Source of the DNA: an uncultured Christensenella sp.
Lineage (GTDB): Bacteria > Bacillota > Clostridia > Christensenellales > Borkfalkiaceae
Length of the DNA: 64,000 nucleotides
Assembly: GCA_910586345.1 (NCBI GenBank)
Contig: CAJUHC010000001.1
Location: 38,164-102,163, forward strand
Direction: 5' to 3'
Shown: positions 10,959 through 19,980 of the stretch, in pieces
How the letters are laid out: every line of letters begins with the position of its first letter
How positions within the stretch are numbered: the stretch's first letter is position 1
Translations under genes and position numbers: made by a program
The notes under the pieces: model-generated
Databases searched by the model: none
What the model was told of the DNA's origin: nothing
What the model saw: the letters and a program-made list of their open reading frames with translations, nothing else

Positions 10959-13900
10959 ATGAGTATTTTCAGAAAAATACTTATAGCCGTACTTGCGCTG
11001 AGTATTACCGTCTGTGCCGGAATCGCTCTCGCTGCCTGTAAGGATGACAACAAAATCTTAAATCCCGACGGCGAAACCGTTTTTAACGGCAATTACGAAA
11101 TCACGGTCAAATCGCAAGGCGGACTATTGCTCGACGGCATCAAACTCACGTTCGAGAAAGACGGAGTGCAGTACGGAGAACAGTGCATAACCAAACAGGG
11201 CAAAGCGACAATCAAGCTCGCTCCCGACGTTTACGACGTTAAAGTCGATACGAGCGCGAAAAACGGTTATTTCGTACCCGCAGGCGCAGAGTATAAAACG
11301 AAAGCAGACTCGAAAGACGTTTCCGTTATTCTCACGTCGAAAGTAATAGAGTCGGAAACGCCCGCAAACACCAAATATCAACTCGGCGACGTAATGTACG
11401 ATTTCAGTTTCGTCGACGTCGACGGAGTTACGCATAAACTTTCCGAAACTCTCAAAACGAAGAATACGGTAGTCCTCAATTTCTGGGGTACGCAATGCCA
11501 ACCTTGCAAAAACGAGTTTCCCGCTTTACAGAGCGCGTACGACTCGTACAAAAACAAACTCGAACTGTTCGCATTATCGAGTTATGCCACGTCGATGAAC
11601 GGCGCGGACACCGAAGCAGATATAATAAAATTCAGAGACGTCGATAATAAAGGCGCGTACAAATTCCCTATGGCTCTCGATACCGAAACGAAGATTTACA
11701 GCTATTTCGATTTGAGCAAAGGATACCCTACCACCTACGTTATAGACAGATACGGCGTAGTCGCCTGGCGGCTTGCCGGAACGAACCCGAACGAAGCCTC
11801 GTGGAGAGCGGTTTTCGGCAAGTATACGAGCGATAACTACTCGCAGTCTATAAATCCCGGCGGCAGTATCGGCGGAGACGAAAACATAGACAGGGTCCCG
11901 CCCGACGAAGGTCTTTCAACTCCCGCAAGCGAAGATATCCGTAACGCTATATGCAACAATATAGCGCAAGAAGACGTTGAATTCTATTTCAACGAAGATA
12001 ACCCCAACGCAGATACGAACTGGCCCTGGCAAATCGGCGAAAAGGACGGAAACAAGTATCTTTACGCTTCGAACGTAAACACCAAAGAATCCTGGTCGAC
12101 GATTTACTGCAATTTAACGCTCAACGGCGGAGAAAGTTTGTCGTTCGATTACTATATAAACACCCATTCGACCAACAACGCGCTTTACGTAGTCGCAAAC
12201 GGCGCAATCATATGCGAACTGTTCGGCGAAAGCGACGGTTGGTTGACACAACAAGTTTATACGGCTAACCGCAGAACGACTTTGAATATTTCGTTCGTTT
12301 ATATAAAGAACGACGCCGTACTCGAAGATACTCCCGTCTATATCGACAATATAAAGATATTCAATCCTGCCGAAAGCGGAGAGCCTCTCGACATTGCTTA
12401 TTCCGTTACCGATAACACGGAATTCAAAGACAACAAGTACAACGTTAAGCTCGAACTTGACGACGAAGGATTATATCATTACGTAAACGGCGAAAACAAT
12501 TCGATATTATATGCGGACATTTTAGGCGTTGCAAGTTGGGCAGAGAAGCATTTCGGCAGTACGACGTTCGAATTCCTTGCGGAAGACGCCGAAACCCCTT
12601 CGACTTACAGGTCTTCGCTCTACTATCTCGCATATTTCAAAATGTCGAACCTTCAAGGCGTGGGACTCGAATTTAATTTCGGTTACACCGATGCGATAAT
12701 CAAGCTGTACAACCTTCAAGCGTTTGCTACAAGCGGCAACGGCTATCTGCCCGTAACCGAAGAAGTCAAAGAAATGATTTGCGCGTTTATCAATTACGCT
12801 TACGAAATCGGTATCGTCGACGACGAATACTACGACGACCAGTGGCTGGAATTCTGTTACTATTTCAAACACTGGAACAGCGAACACATCTATATCGATA
12901 AAAATCTTTATATAGACGAAGTACCCGTAGAATATGTATCCGCAACAGACTCTTACGTCGTAAACTCCGAAACGGGTCACGCAGACAAGAACGTTTATAT
13001 CGATTTCCACGACAACGGCGTTTTCGGAGTAATCGTAAACAACCGTCTGAAATATTACAGCTTAGAGGACGCTATCAATGCGGAAATGTTCGCAAGTGTT
13101 TACGGCAATAATTATACGGAAATTATGAAATCGTATCTTAAAGCCGCCGACGCTAACGAAGGCGAATTAAAAGGCTTTGTCAAGGCGGATAAAAAGCTTA
13201 CGGATATTCTTGGCGAAACTTTAAGATATACCGAAAGCATACTCGAAATGGTATGCGACGCGGATTGGAAAATTTTCGCAAACTGTTACAGATTAGGCGA
13301 CTGCGATACGGCGAAAAATCCTTTAAAAGGTCTTATATTCGATTTTGCTTACGATGCGCAACTCGGAACAAACAATGTTGAAATCAAAGAAATAATCAAT
13401 ATCAACGCGCCCGAATACGAAGCAGGCGGAGGTATTAAATTCAAATTTACGCCCGAAACTTCGGGAGTACACCTCTTCTCCTCGTCGTATAAGAGCAACG
13501 CAGACCCCAGAATTTTAGTTTACAATTCCGAATTCAATTTAATTGCCGAACAGGAAAACGATATCAGATACGACCATTTTAATCTTGAAAATCCCGATAA
13601 CTTCTACTTGTACGTTAATTTAAATGCTAACGAAACCTACTATATCACCGCATCGCTCAACGGACTCGCACAGGCGACTTACAAAATGGATATTTCTTAC
13701 GTTGCTCCTTATGTAGAAATGCTGCGGGTAGCGACGACAGGCGACGGTACGTGGCTCCCCAGACCGAGCCTTGACGAAAACGGAAATATCAAGTACGATG
13801 AAAACGGCGAAATAGTTTACAACTGGAACGATACGTATTACGACGCGGTTGAAACCGCTTACGACCGTTCGGCGGACGTTTACAGAGTGAGCAATCCCGA

Positions 13901-14249
13901 CGGCACCCGCGGCGCGGTATTGTATATCGACTTCGTCCATACCACGTATTACAGTCTGACAAGCGAAGACGGCAAAAAGATATATTATCCCACTCTTTAT
14001 GAGTTAATCACCCTTTACAACCGTTTCGACAGCGATACGAAAGCAGAGTTATTGGAATATTACAAACTTGCAACCGCAAGAGACGAGTCCGACGAACTTT
14101 ACGGTCTTATCGAGGCTGACGGCAGATTGGTTGAAATACTCAGAAAGTATATGAACGACAGTTACAACGACAATCCTAACGAAGATAACCGCGCTTGGGA
14201 AATGTTCGCTTGCTACTACGAAACGTACGGAACTCCCGAACAAAATTAA
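10959..14249 (+). CDS. Large lipoprotein with a TlpA/ResA-like thioredoxin domain and about 800 aa of uncharacterised C-terminal domains
   Basis: Signal peptide with lipobox (IALAAC). Redoxin motif VVLNFWGTQCQPCKNEFPALQ. Strong RBS AAGGAGG. The rest has jelly-roll- or PPC-like stretches that I cannot assign to a function. Confidence 0.7.
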   Translation: MSIFRKILIAVLALSITVCAGIALAACKDDNKILNPDGETVFNGNYEITVKSQGGLLLDGIKLTFEKDGVQYGEQCITKQGKATIKLAPDVYDVKVDTSAKNGYFVPAGAEYKTKADSKDVSVILTSKVIESETPANTKYQLGDVMYDFSFVDVDGVTHKLSETLKTKNTVVLNFWGTQCQPCKNEFPALQSAYDSYKNKLELFALSSYATSMNGADTEADIIKFRDVDNKGAYKFPMALDTETKIYSYFDLSKGYPTTYVIDRYGVVAWRLAGTNPNEASWRAVFGKYTSDNYSQSINPGGSIGGDENIDRVPPDEGLSTPASEDIRNAICNNIAQEDVEFYFNEDNPNADTNWPWQIGEKDGNKYLYASNVNTKESWSTIYCNLTLNGGESLSFDYYINTHSTNNALYVVANGAIICELFGESDGWLTQQVYTANRRTTLNISFVYIKNDAVLEDTPVYIDNIKIFNPAESGEPLDIAYSVTDNTEFKDNKYNVKLELDDEGLYHYVNGENNSILYADILGVASWAEKHFGSTTFEFLAEDAETPSTYRSSLYYLAYFKMSNLQGVGLEFNFGYTDAIIKLYNLQAFATSGNGYLPVTEEVKEMICAFINYAYEIGIVDDEYYDDQWLEFCYYFKHWNSEHIYIDKNLYIDEVPVEYVSATDSYVVNSETGHADKNVYIDFHDNGVFGVIVNNRLKYYSLEDAINAEMFASVYGNNYTEIMKSYLKAADANEGELKGFVKADKKLTDILGETLRYTESILEMVCDADWKIFANCYRLGDCDTAKNPLKGLIFDFAYDAQLGTNNVEIKEIININAPEYEAGGGIKFKFTPETSGVHLFSSSYKSNADPRILVYNSEFNLIAEQENDIRYDHFNLENPDNFYLYVNLNANETYYITASLNGLAQATYKMDISYVAPYVEMLRVATTGDGTWLPRPSLDENGNIKYDENGEIVYNWNDTYYDAVETAYDRSADVYRVSNPDGTRGAVLYIDFVHTTYYSLTSEDGKKIYYPTLYELITLYNRFDSDTKAELLEYYKLATARDESDELYGLIEADGRLVEILRKYMNDSYNDNPNEDNRAWEMFACYYETYGTPEQN

Positions 14250-14262
14250 TGTCGGTAAAGTT

Positions 14263-14292
14263 AAAAAAGTCTCTCTCACGGGAGACTTTTTT
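14263..14292 (+). terminator. Rho-independent terminator
   Basis: AAAAAGTCTC-loop-GAGACTTTTTT hairpin, 14 nt after the stop at 14249. Confidence 0.6.
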
Positions 14293-14352
14293 ATTGCCCT
14301 TTCGGCAAATATGGTATATAATATATTTAATATTTTTAAAGGAGTACAGACA

Positions 14353-14775
14353 ATGAAAATAATTAAACGCATTTCGCTTATTCTTGCCGTTGCGCTTGCA
14401 GTCGTATGTATGGGCGCGTTGGCTTCGGCTTGTAATTCCGCAACGGATTTTACTATTACCGTCTACTATTCGGACGGAACGACGTTAGTTGACGGCAGTA
14501 CGGAGAAATACGGTATTCAGATTTGCTATTTGGATACGGATACTAACGAGCTCGTAAGTTGCAGTACCGCGGAAGGCTTGGTAGGAGCCGACGGGAAAGC
14601 GACTATAAACATTGACGCGGTTGAAGCGGAAGCTCCCCAATCGGGAAATATCAAATACGAAGTTCACGTGCTTTCCGTCGACGGAACCGAAGAACTCAAA
14701 GAGAACGTATACGTAAGCCGTTCAAACGCTTCCGTCAAAGTAGTTCTTAAAAACGTAAACGCGCCTGCAAAATAA
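14353..14775 (+). CDS. Small lipoprotein, paralogous to the N-terminal Ig-like module of the 1096-aa lipoprotein
   Basis: Trimmed to the ATG at 14353 with an AAAGGAG RBS. Begins MKIIKRISLILAVALAVVCMGALASAC (lipobox). ITVYYSDG...GKATINID resembles YEITVKSQGG...GKATIKLAP in the upstream protein. Confidence 0.6.
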   Translation: MKIIKRISLILAVALAVVCMGALASACNSATDFTITVYYSDGTTLVDGSTEKYGIQICYLDTDTNELVSCSTAEGLVGADGKATINIDAVEAEAPQSGNIKYEVHVLSVDGTEELKENVYVSRSNASVKVVLKNVNAPAK

Positions 14776-14820
14776 ATTAATTTAAAAGACTCCCCTTTTC
14801 ACATTGTATATTTTAGGGAT

Positions 14821-14858
14821 AAAAGCAAGGAATTTATTAATTATTTTTCCTTGCTTTT
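14821..14858 (+). terminator. Rho-independent terminator
   Basis: AAAAGCAAGGAA / TTCCTTGCTTTT, a 12-bp stem followed by a T-run. Confidence 0.65.
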
Positions 14859-14916
14859 TAAATTAAAATGTTTAATGGTTTATGTTGCTTTAAACGGTAA
14901 CTTATAGAAGGAAAAA

Positions 14917-15489
14917 ATGGAATACACATTACAAGATAAATTCAGTTTTATAAAACGCGATATTGTAAAGTATACATCGAAGAATCCCGTTGCAATCGTC
15001 AAAGAAATGATGCACAAGGACTATATAAACATTCACGGACCCGAGCATCATTTTCTTGACGGCGCCGCATTTGCAACCGCAATGAAAAACGCAGGCGGTA
15101 AATTCAGCCTTGACGAGTGTTTGAATGAACTTGAAAACAGAGCGGCAAAAATGCCGGGAGCAATGTGCGCTTATTGGGGCGTTTGCGGTTCGACGGCGTC
15201 CGTTGCGGCAGTTCTGTCGATAATACACAAGACGAGTCCGTTAAGCACGGATACTTACTATAAAGACAATATGGAATTCACTTCCGCAGTTCTTTCTCAA
15301 ATGAGCAAAATCGGAGGGGCGAGATGTTGTAAGAGAAACGCATTTTTGTCCCTTTCTTACGGGGTAAAATTCGTAAAGAAAAATTACGGTATCGAAATGG
15401 AAATAGACGATATTGTTTGCGAGTTCACACAAAAGAACAAACAGTGCTTGGGGAATAAGTGCCCATTTCATTTTGCAAATAAAATTTAA
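14917..15489 (+). CDS. Cys-rich cytoplasmic protein of unknown function (resembles the DUF5714 family from memory)
   Basis: 190 aa with no signal peptide. Motifs are HGPEHHFLDGAAF, CAYWGVCGS, ARCCKRN and CLGNKCPFH. The family assignment is recollection only. Confidence 0.4.
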   Translation: MEYTLQDKFSFIKRDIVKYTSKNPVAIVKEMMHKDYINIHGPEHHFLDGAAFATAMKNAGGKFSLDECLNELENRAAKMPGAMCAYWGVCGSTASVAAVLSIIHKTSPLSTDTYYKDNMEFTSAVLSQMSKIGGARCCKRNAFLSLSYGVKFVKKNYGIEMEIDDIVCEFTQKNKQCLGNKCPFHFANKI

Positions 15490-15546
15490 GTAAAGTCGTA
15501 AAATTTAGTATAAATATCATTATTAACTTAATAAACGTTAAAAAAC

Positions 15547-15585
15547 ATAGTACGCTATACTTCGAAAACGAAGACAGCGTACTAT
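15547..15585. terminator. Bidirectional hairpin terminator between convergent genes
   Basis: ATAGTACGCT...CTTCG-aaaa-CGAAG...AGCGTACTAT, flanked by A-runs and T-runs. Confidence 0.55.
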
Positions 15586-15652
15586 TAATTTTACTTTATT
15601 TATCCACAGGAGAAAATTCCTGCAACAAGCGCCCTTATGGAGCATTTTTTAT

Positions 15653-17296
15653 TTACTTATTCATAGCGGCTTGTATTTCCGTATCCAGAATTTCGTAAGT
15701 AAGCTTTCCGTTGACGGTAAAGGTTATTACGCCGTCTTTATCGAGTATCAGCGTTCTGGGAGCCGCAGGCGCAGTTACGCTGCTGTCGAACGATTTGAAA
15801 ATGTTTTCCTGCGTGTCGTGGGTAAACAATAAATTCCATTCATTGAAACCGAGCCTGTCGATAACTGTCTGAACTCCTTCGTCGTTTACGCTGTTGTTGA
15901 TATGAACTATTATTATGTCGACGTCGTCGCCGTAATGCTCCTTTGCCTCTCTGAAATCGGGCAGCTCCTCTTTACAGGGGTCGCAGGTCGTATACCAGAA
16001 ATTTATTACGGTTACGGTTCCGTAGAAATCGGAAAGCTTAATGCTTTCGATTTTTTCACCGTCGTCATTGTAAGCGCCTGCCGTATCGTAAACTGTTCCG
16101 AAAGTGAAATCGGGGAACTGCTCGCCTACGTCGTACTTTTTATCGGCGACTTCGGCAACCGAGAAGAAATTATAGTAGACGAGCGCGGTTACAAGCACTG
16201 CGAGAGCGAGAGCCCAAGCGGAGAATTGAAGCCAGAAACTTCTCTTCTTTATTTTTCTTTTAACCGCTTCCGCTTTGTCCTCAGCCGTCTGAACCGTTTC
16301 AACCGGGCTTAATTGCGCTTCAGCAACGTTAGCCTCCGATACCGTGGTTTGTTCCACTTTCTCGGCAGTTATAGTTTTAACGGAAACTTTTTCTTCTTCC
16401 GTAACTGACGTATCTATTCCCGCAAGTACCAATTTGCTTCCCTTCCAGCTTATCGCTTTCGTAGGACAAACGGGAATACACTCTCCGCAGTTTATACACT
16501 CGTGGTCGCCGACGTGCTTAATATCCATTTTACAGGTCTGAATACACATTCCGCAATCGACGCATTTCTGTCTGTCGAGTTTGACGCCTATAAGCGCGAT
16601 TTTGTTGAAGAACCCGTAAATCGCGCCGAGCGGACAGAAGAAACGGCAGAAACAACGGTAAATAAACACGCTCGCTACGATAAACGCGACTAACAGACAG
16701 AATTTCCAGGTAAACAGATAACCGAGTCTGTTGAAAAGCGAAGCGTTGCTACTGTTCACCAGCAGCCCTCCCGCGCCGCCGAAAGTTCCGGCGGGACATA
16801 TATATTTACAGAATGCGGGCACTCCGTTATAAAGCAACGGGACCGCAATAACCAGAACCGCGAGCAGAACGTATTTTAAATACGATAAAAATCTCGTATA
16901 ACGGCTCTTTTTGAGCTTAGGAGTTTTTATTTTGTAAAGCAGTTCCTGACCCAAACCTACGGGACAGAAAAATCCGCAAATAGTCCTTGCAAATATCAGT
17001 CCGAGCAAACCGAGTATACCGAGTATGTAATACGGCGCAGTGGTATTCGAGTGGGCAAGCGAGTCCTGTAAAGCTCCGAGCGGACACGCGGTTACCGCTC
17101 CCGGACAGGAATAACAATTCAATCCCGGGGTACACAGCTTTTTCGTACCGCCCTGATAAATATCTCCCGCAATAAAACCCTTTAAATTTGCGTTAAACAG
17201 CAATGCCGAATATATCTGTATGAGCCGACGCTTCGAGGGCGCGTGGTTTTTAAACCACAGTCCGGCTTTTTTGAAAAAACTTTTAACCTTAGCCAA
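15653..17296 (-). CDS. NapH/MauN-like membrane polyferredoxin fused to a C-terminal extracytoplasmic TlpA-like thioredoxin domain
   Basis: 547 aa. Three CX3CP motifs (CGFFCP, CKYICP, CRFFCP). Two ferredoxin motifs (CVDCGMCIQTC, CINCGECIPVCP). An acidic linker is followed by a TM helix and then VINFWYTTCDPCKEELPDF. The TTG start overlaps the upstream stop. Confidence 0.7.
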   Translation of the reverse strand: MAKVKSFFKKAGLWFKNHAPSKRRLIQIYSALLFNANLKGFIAGDIYQGGTKKLCTPGLNCYSCPGAVTACPLGALQDSLAHSNTTAPYYILGILGLLGLIFARTICGFFCPVGLGQELLYKIKTPKLKKSRYTRFLSYLKYVLLAVLVIAVPLLYNGVPAFCKYICPAGTFGGAGGLLVNSSNASLFNRLGYLFTWKFCLLVAFIVASVFIYRCFCRFFCPLGAIYGFFNKIALIGVKLDRQKCVDCGMCIQTCKMDIKHVGDHECINCGECIPVCPTKAISWKGSKLVLAGIDTSVTEEEKVSVKTITAEKVEQTTVSEANVAEAQLSPVETVQTAEDKAEAVKRKIKKRSFWLQFSAWALALAVLVTALVYYNFFSVAEVADKKYDVGEQFPDFTFGTVYDTAGAYNDDGEKIESIKLSDFYGTVTVINFWYTTCDPCKEELPDFREAKEHYGDDVDIIIVHINNSVNDEGVQTVIDRLGFNEWNLLFTHDTQENIFKSFDSSVTAPAAPRTLILDKDGVITFTVNGKLTYEILDTEIQAAMNK

Positions 17297-18098
17297 GTCC
17301 TATACACTCCAGACAGATAGTTACGGCTTTATCGAAAATACCGGAAACGTTGCCGTTACACGCGCCGGCTATAATAAACGAAAAAGCTACGCAACCGACA
17401 CAGACCTGTATGCCGAGTTTGAAATATTTATGATTCAGTATTTCATATATTTTACCGTGTACTAATTGTACGGGTTTATTTCCTGATGCAAGCTTTTTGG
17501 CATGTTCAATTTGCTTCTTTGCCGAAATACCTTCGTAAACGCTGATTGCACTAGCAAACACGAACACCGAGAAAAACCAGGGCAGAATATTTTTAGCGGC
17601 TTGCAGGACTTCTTTCGTCGCATTATCAGAAAACGTAAAACTCGACGGCAATGCCAGATACACTATCGAATACACGATTCCCGCCAGTGCGACCGACGAA
17701 CAGCATAGCCACAGTATTTTCAATATCTTTTCTTCGCGTTTGATAAATCCGTAACTTTCCGCGAGTTCCTCGCCGACGTTGACGGGCATACGCTTTTTTA
17801 AACGCATAAGCGAATAGCGCGGGTCTTTATATGGTGATTTTTTAGGCTTTACGGGAAATACCTCCCAAACGATAAACCCTCCGACAATCATTACCGCCCA
17901 AATCCAGAAAGCAGGCGATATATGGAAAAACCGCTCGGAAAGACCTTCCTGAGTGAATGTAAATTTATTATCCCCGACGGGACCCGTGAAATAGTTGTCG
18001 AGTACCTGCCAGATAAACAAAGCTCCGACTATTGCCGTCATAACGCCGAGTGCAATGCCATAATAAAGACGAACCGTTTTGTTTGTCTTTTCGTTCAT
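17289..18098 (-). CDS. Polytopic membrane protein ending in a CxxC motif (tail resembles the CD1871A-family CXXC motif)
   Basis: Trimmed to the ATG at 18098, with GGAGG 5 nt upstream. The C-terminus reads ...VCVGCVAFSFIIAGACNGNVSGIFDKAVTICLECIGLG. The gene overlaps the polyferredoxin gene by 8 nt, which suggests translational coupling. Confidence 0.55.
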   Translation of the reverse strand: MNEKTNKTVRLYYGIALGVMTAIVGALFIWQVLDNYFTGPVGDNKFTFTQEGLSERFFHISPAFWIWAVMIVGGFIVWEVFPVKPKKSPYKDPRYSLMRLKKRMPVNVGEELAESYGFIKREEKILKILWLCCSSVALAGIVYSIVYLALPSSFTFSDNATKEVLQAAKNILPWFFSVFVFASAISVYEGISAKKQIEHAKKLASGNKPVQLVHGKIYEILNHKYFKLGIQVCVGCVAFSFIIAGACNGNVSGIFDKAVTICLECIGLG

Positions 18099-18365
18099 AT
18101 ACACCTCCGCTTTTTTTATAATTATACATTTATTATATCAACTTATACATTTAAAGTCAAGTAATTTATCATTGTAAATTTGTCAAGCGTTTGCGAGTAG
18201 TTTTTTAGAAATTTTTAAGAATTTTTCTTGAAGACTACTAAAAACACCTCTTGGAGAAGTGTTTTTCGGTAGTAAGCATATCAAATTATATGGGAAAAGT
18301 CAAGCAAATAGCTATCATTTATGGAAGTACTTGACAATGCGTCCGCGATAGAGTATCCTTAATGT

Positions 18366-19640
18366 ATGAACGAAAGAAAATACCAAGGATACATATCTGT
18401 TTTAAGGGAAGAACTCCTGCCGGCAATGGGCTGTACGGAACCTATCGCCGTTGCATACGCTTCTTCGCTCGCCCGCGAAGCTTTGGGCGAATTGCCCGAA
18501 CGCATCGAAATAAGCGTAAGCGGAAACATATTAAAGAACGTAAAAAGCGTAATCGTACCTAATACGGGCGGACTTAAAGGAGTTGCCGCCGCGGCAGCCG
18601 CGGGAATTATCGCGGGAAAAGCCGATAAAAAGTTACAGGCGCTGGAAGACGTTACGTTCGAGCAGCGGTCTGAAATCGCGGAATATTTAAAAACCTGTTC
18701 CTTTAAAGTAAACCACGCTCAGTCGGGATGCGTATTCGATATTTGCATAAAAGCGTTCGCGGGAGTCCACAGCTCGTTCGTGCGCATAGAAGGACATCAT
18801 ACGAACGTCGTTAAAGTCGAAAAAGACGGAGAAAAACTTTTAAGCGGGAACGAAATCTACGAAACAGATTCAAAACTTACGGACAGAAGCATTTTAAACG
18901 TAAAAGACATAACCGAATTTGCGGATACAGTAAAAATTCGGGATATAGACGGGATTATCTCTAAACAAATCGAATACAATACCGCCATAGCCGAAGAGGG
19001 TTTGAATAACGATTACGGCGCGCGTGTCGGTAAAATATTGATAAAAGCTTTCGGAAACGGAGTACATAATCTTGCAAAAGCTACCGCGGCGGCAGGCTCT
19101 GACGCGAGAATGAACGGCTGTTCTCTGCCCGTTGTTATAGTTTCGGGAAGCGGGAACCAAGGTATGACTGCTTCTCTTCCCGTCGTCGTTTACGCGAAAC
19201 ATCTCAACGTTTCAAGAGAGAAGCTTATCCGCGCTGTTGCGCTTTCGGACCTTATAACGGTTCATCTGAAAACGGGCATAGGCAGGCTTTCGGCTTACTG
19301 CGGTGCAGTCAGCGCGGGCGCGGGCGCGGGCGCGGGAATATGCTACCTTTACGGCGGAAGCTACGAAGATATAGCGCATACTATAGTAAACGCGCTTGCA
19401 ATCGATTCCGGACTCATCTGCGACGGCGCTAAATCGAGTTGCGCCGCAAAAATAGCGTCGGCAGTCGACGCGGGACTTACGGGTATGGAAATGTGCAGAA
19501 GCGGAAGCGAATTTAAAGGCGGCGACGGTATTTTAGAGAGCGGAGTCGAAAAAACAATCGATAACGTAGGCGACCTCGCCCGTATAGGTATGAGGGAAAC
19601 CGACGAAGAAATAATAAGAATAATGATTAAAAGTTTATAA
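18366..19640 (+). CDS. UPF0597 / L-cysteine desulfidase-like protein (serine dehydratase alpha-like fold)
   Basis: 424 aa. The N-terminus ...LREELLPAMGCTEPIAVAYASSLAR and the Gly/Ala-rich core are typical of the YhaM/CdsB-type family. Confidence 0.7.
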   Translation: MNERKYQGYISVLREELLPAMGCTEPIAVAYASSLAREALGELPERIEISVSGNILKNVKSVIVPNTGGLKGVAAAAAAGIIAGKADKKLQALEDVTFEQRSEIAEYLKTCSFKVNHAQSGCVFDICIKAFAGVHSSFVRIEGHHTNVVKVEKDGEKLLSGNEIYETDSKLTDRSILNVKDITEFADTVKIRDIDGIISKQIEYNTAIAEEGLNNDYGARVGKILIKAFGNGVHNLAKATAAAGSDARMNGCSLPVVIVSGSGNQGMTASLPVVVYAKHLNVSREKLIRAVALSDLITVHLKTGIGRLSAYCGAVSAGAGAGAGICYLYGGSYEDIAHTIVNALAIDSGLICDGAKSSCAAKIASAVDAGLTGMEMCRSGSEFKGGDGILESGVEKTIDNVGDLARIGMRETDEEIIRIMIKSL

Positions 19641-19648
19641 AAAATCTT

Positions 19649-19675
19649 AAAAGCGCGGAAAATATCCGCGCTTTT
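19649..19675 (+). terminator. Rho-independent terminator
   Basis: AAAAGCGCGGA-aaata-TCCGCGCTTTT, immediately after the stop at 19640. Confidence 0.7.
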
Positions 19676-19725
19676 AATAAATTACGAAAACGGAGCCGCG
19701 GTTTTAAAACCGTGACTCCGTTTTA

Positions 19726-19980
19726 TTACGACGTAAACCACAAATACAGCAATATGGCGACCACTCCCATCGAAGCGATAAATATGCCCAACGGAAGCAA
19801 TATAGCCGAAAACATACCACGTACCATCTGCCAATATTCTTTACGGCTGACTTTGCGTTTTTCTTTTTTGTCCTTTTTGTTCTTCGACGAAGGGTCGTAC
19901 CACGCAAAACCTTCCACGTTCATATCCGCAAAAGTGGTTTCGGTATCCAAACCTTCGTCCTTTTTATTCTTTCGGGACAT
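19726..19980 (-). CDS. Small single-pass membrane protein, last gene of the opp-like operon
   Basis: 84 aa with a Lys-rich N-terminus and one C-terminal TM helix. It overlaps the OppF-like gene by 17 nt. A hairpin at 19688-19724 follows. Confidence 0.5.
   Translation of the reverse strand: MSRKNKKDEGLDTETTFADMNVEGFAWYDPSSKNKKDKKEKRKVSRKEYWQMVRGMFSAILLPLGIFIASMGVVAILLYLWFTS

Noticed and set aside
15600-15608. A single perfect DnaA box, TTATCCACA, downstream of the polyferredoxin-TlpA gene.
   Set aside because: One isolated 9-mer match is about what chance predicts in 64 kb on both strands. There are no neighbouring boxes.
18241-18275. The hairpin AAAAACAC-ctcttggagaa-GTGTTTTT upstream of the cysteine-desulfidase-like gene as a riboswitch or attenuator.
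   Set aside because: It is a short, simple stem with no recognisable riboswitch core, and it lies upstream of the only plausible promoter. The evidence is insufficient.
18332-18366. A possible leaderless promoter (TTGACA-17-TATCCT) abutting the ATG of the cysteine-desulfidase-like gene.
   Set aside because: The -10 hexamer is weak. Only 5 nt separate it from the ATG, so the TSS would fall at or after the start codon. The promoter or start assignment is too ambiguous to report as a feature.
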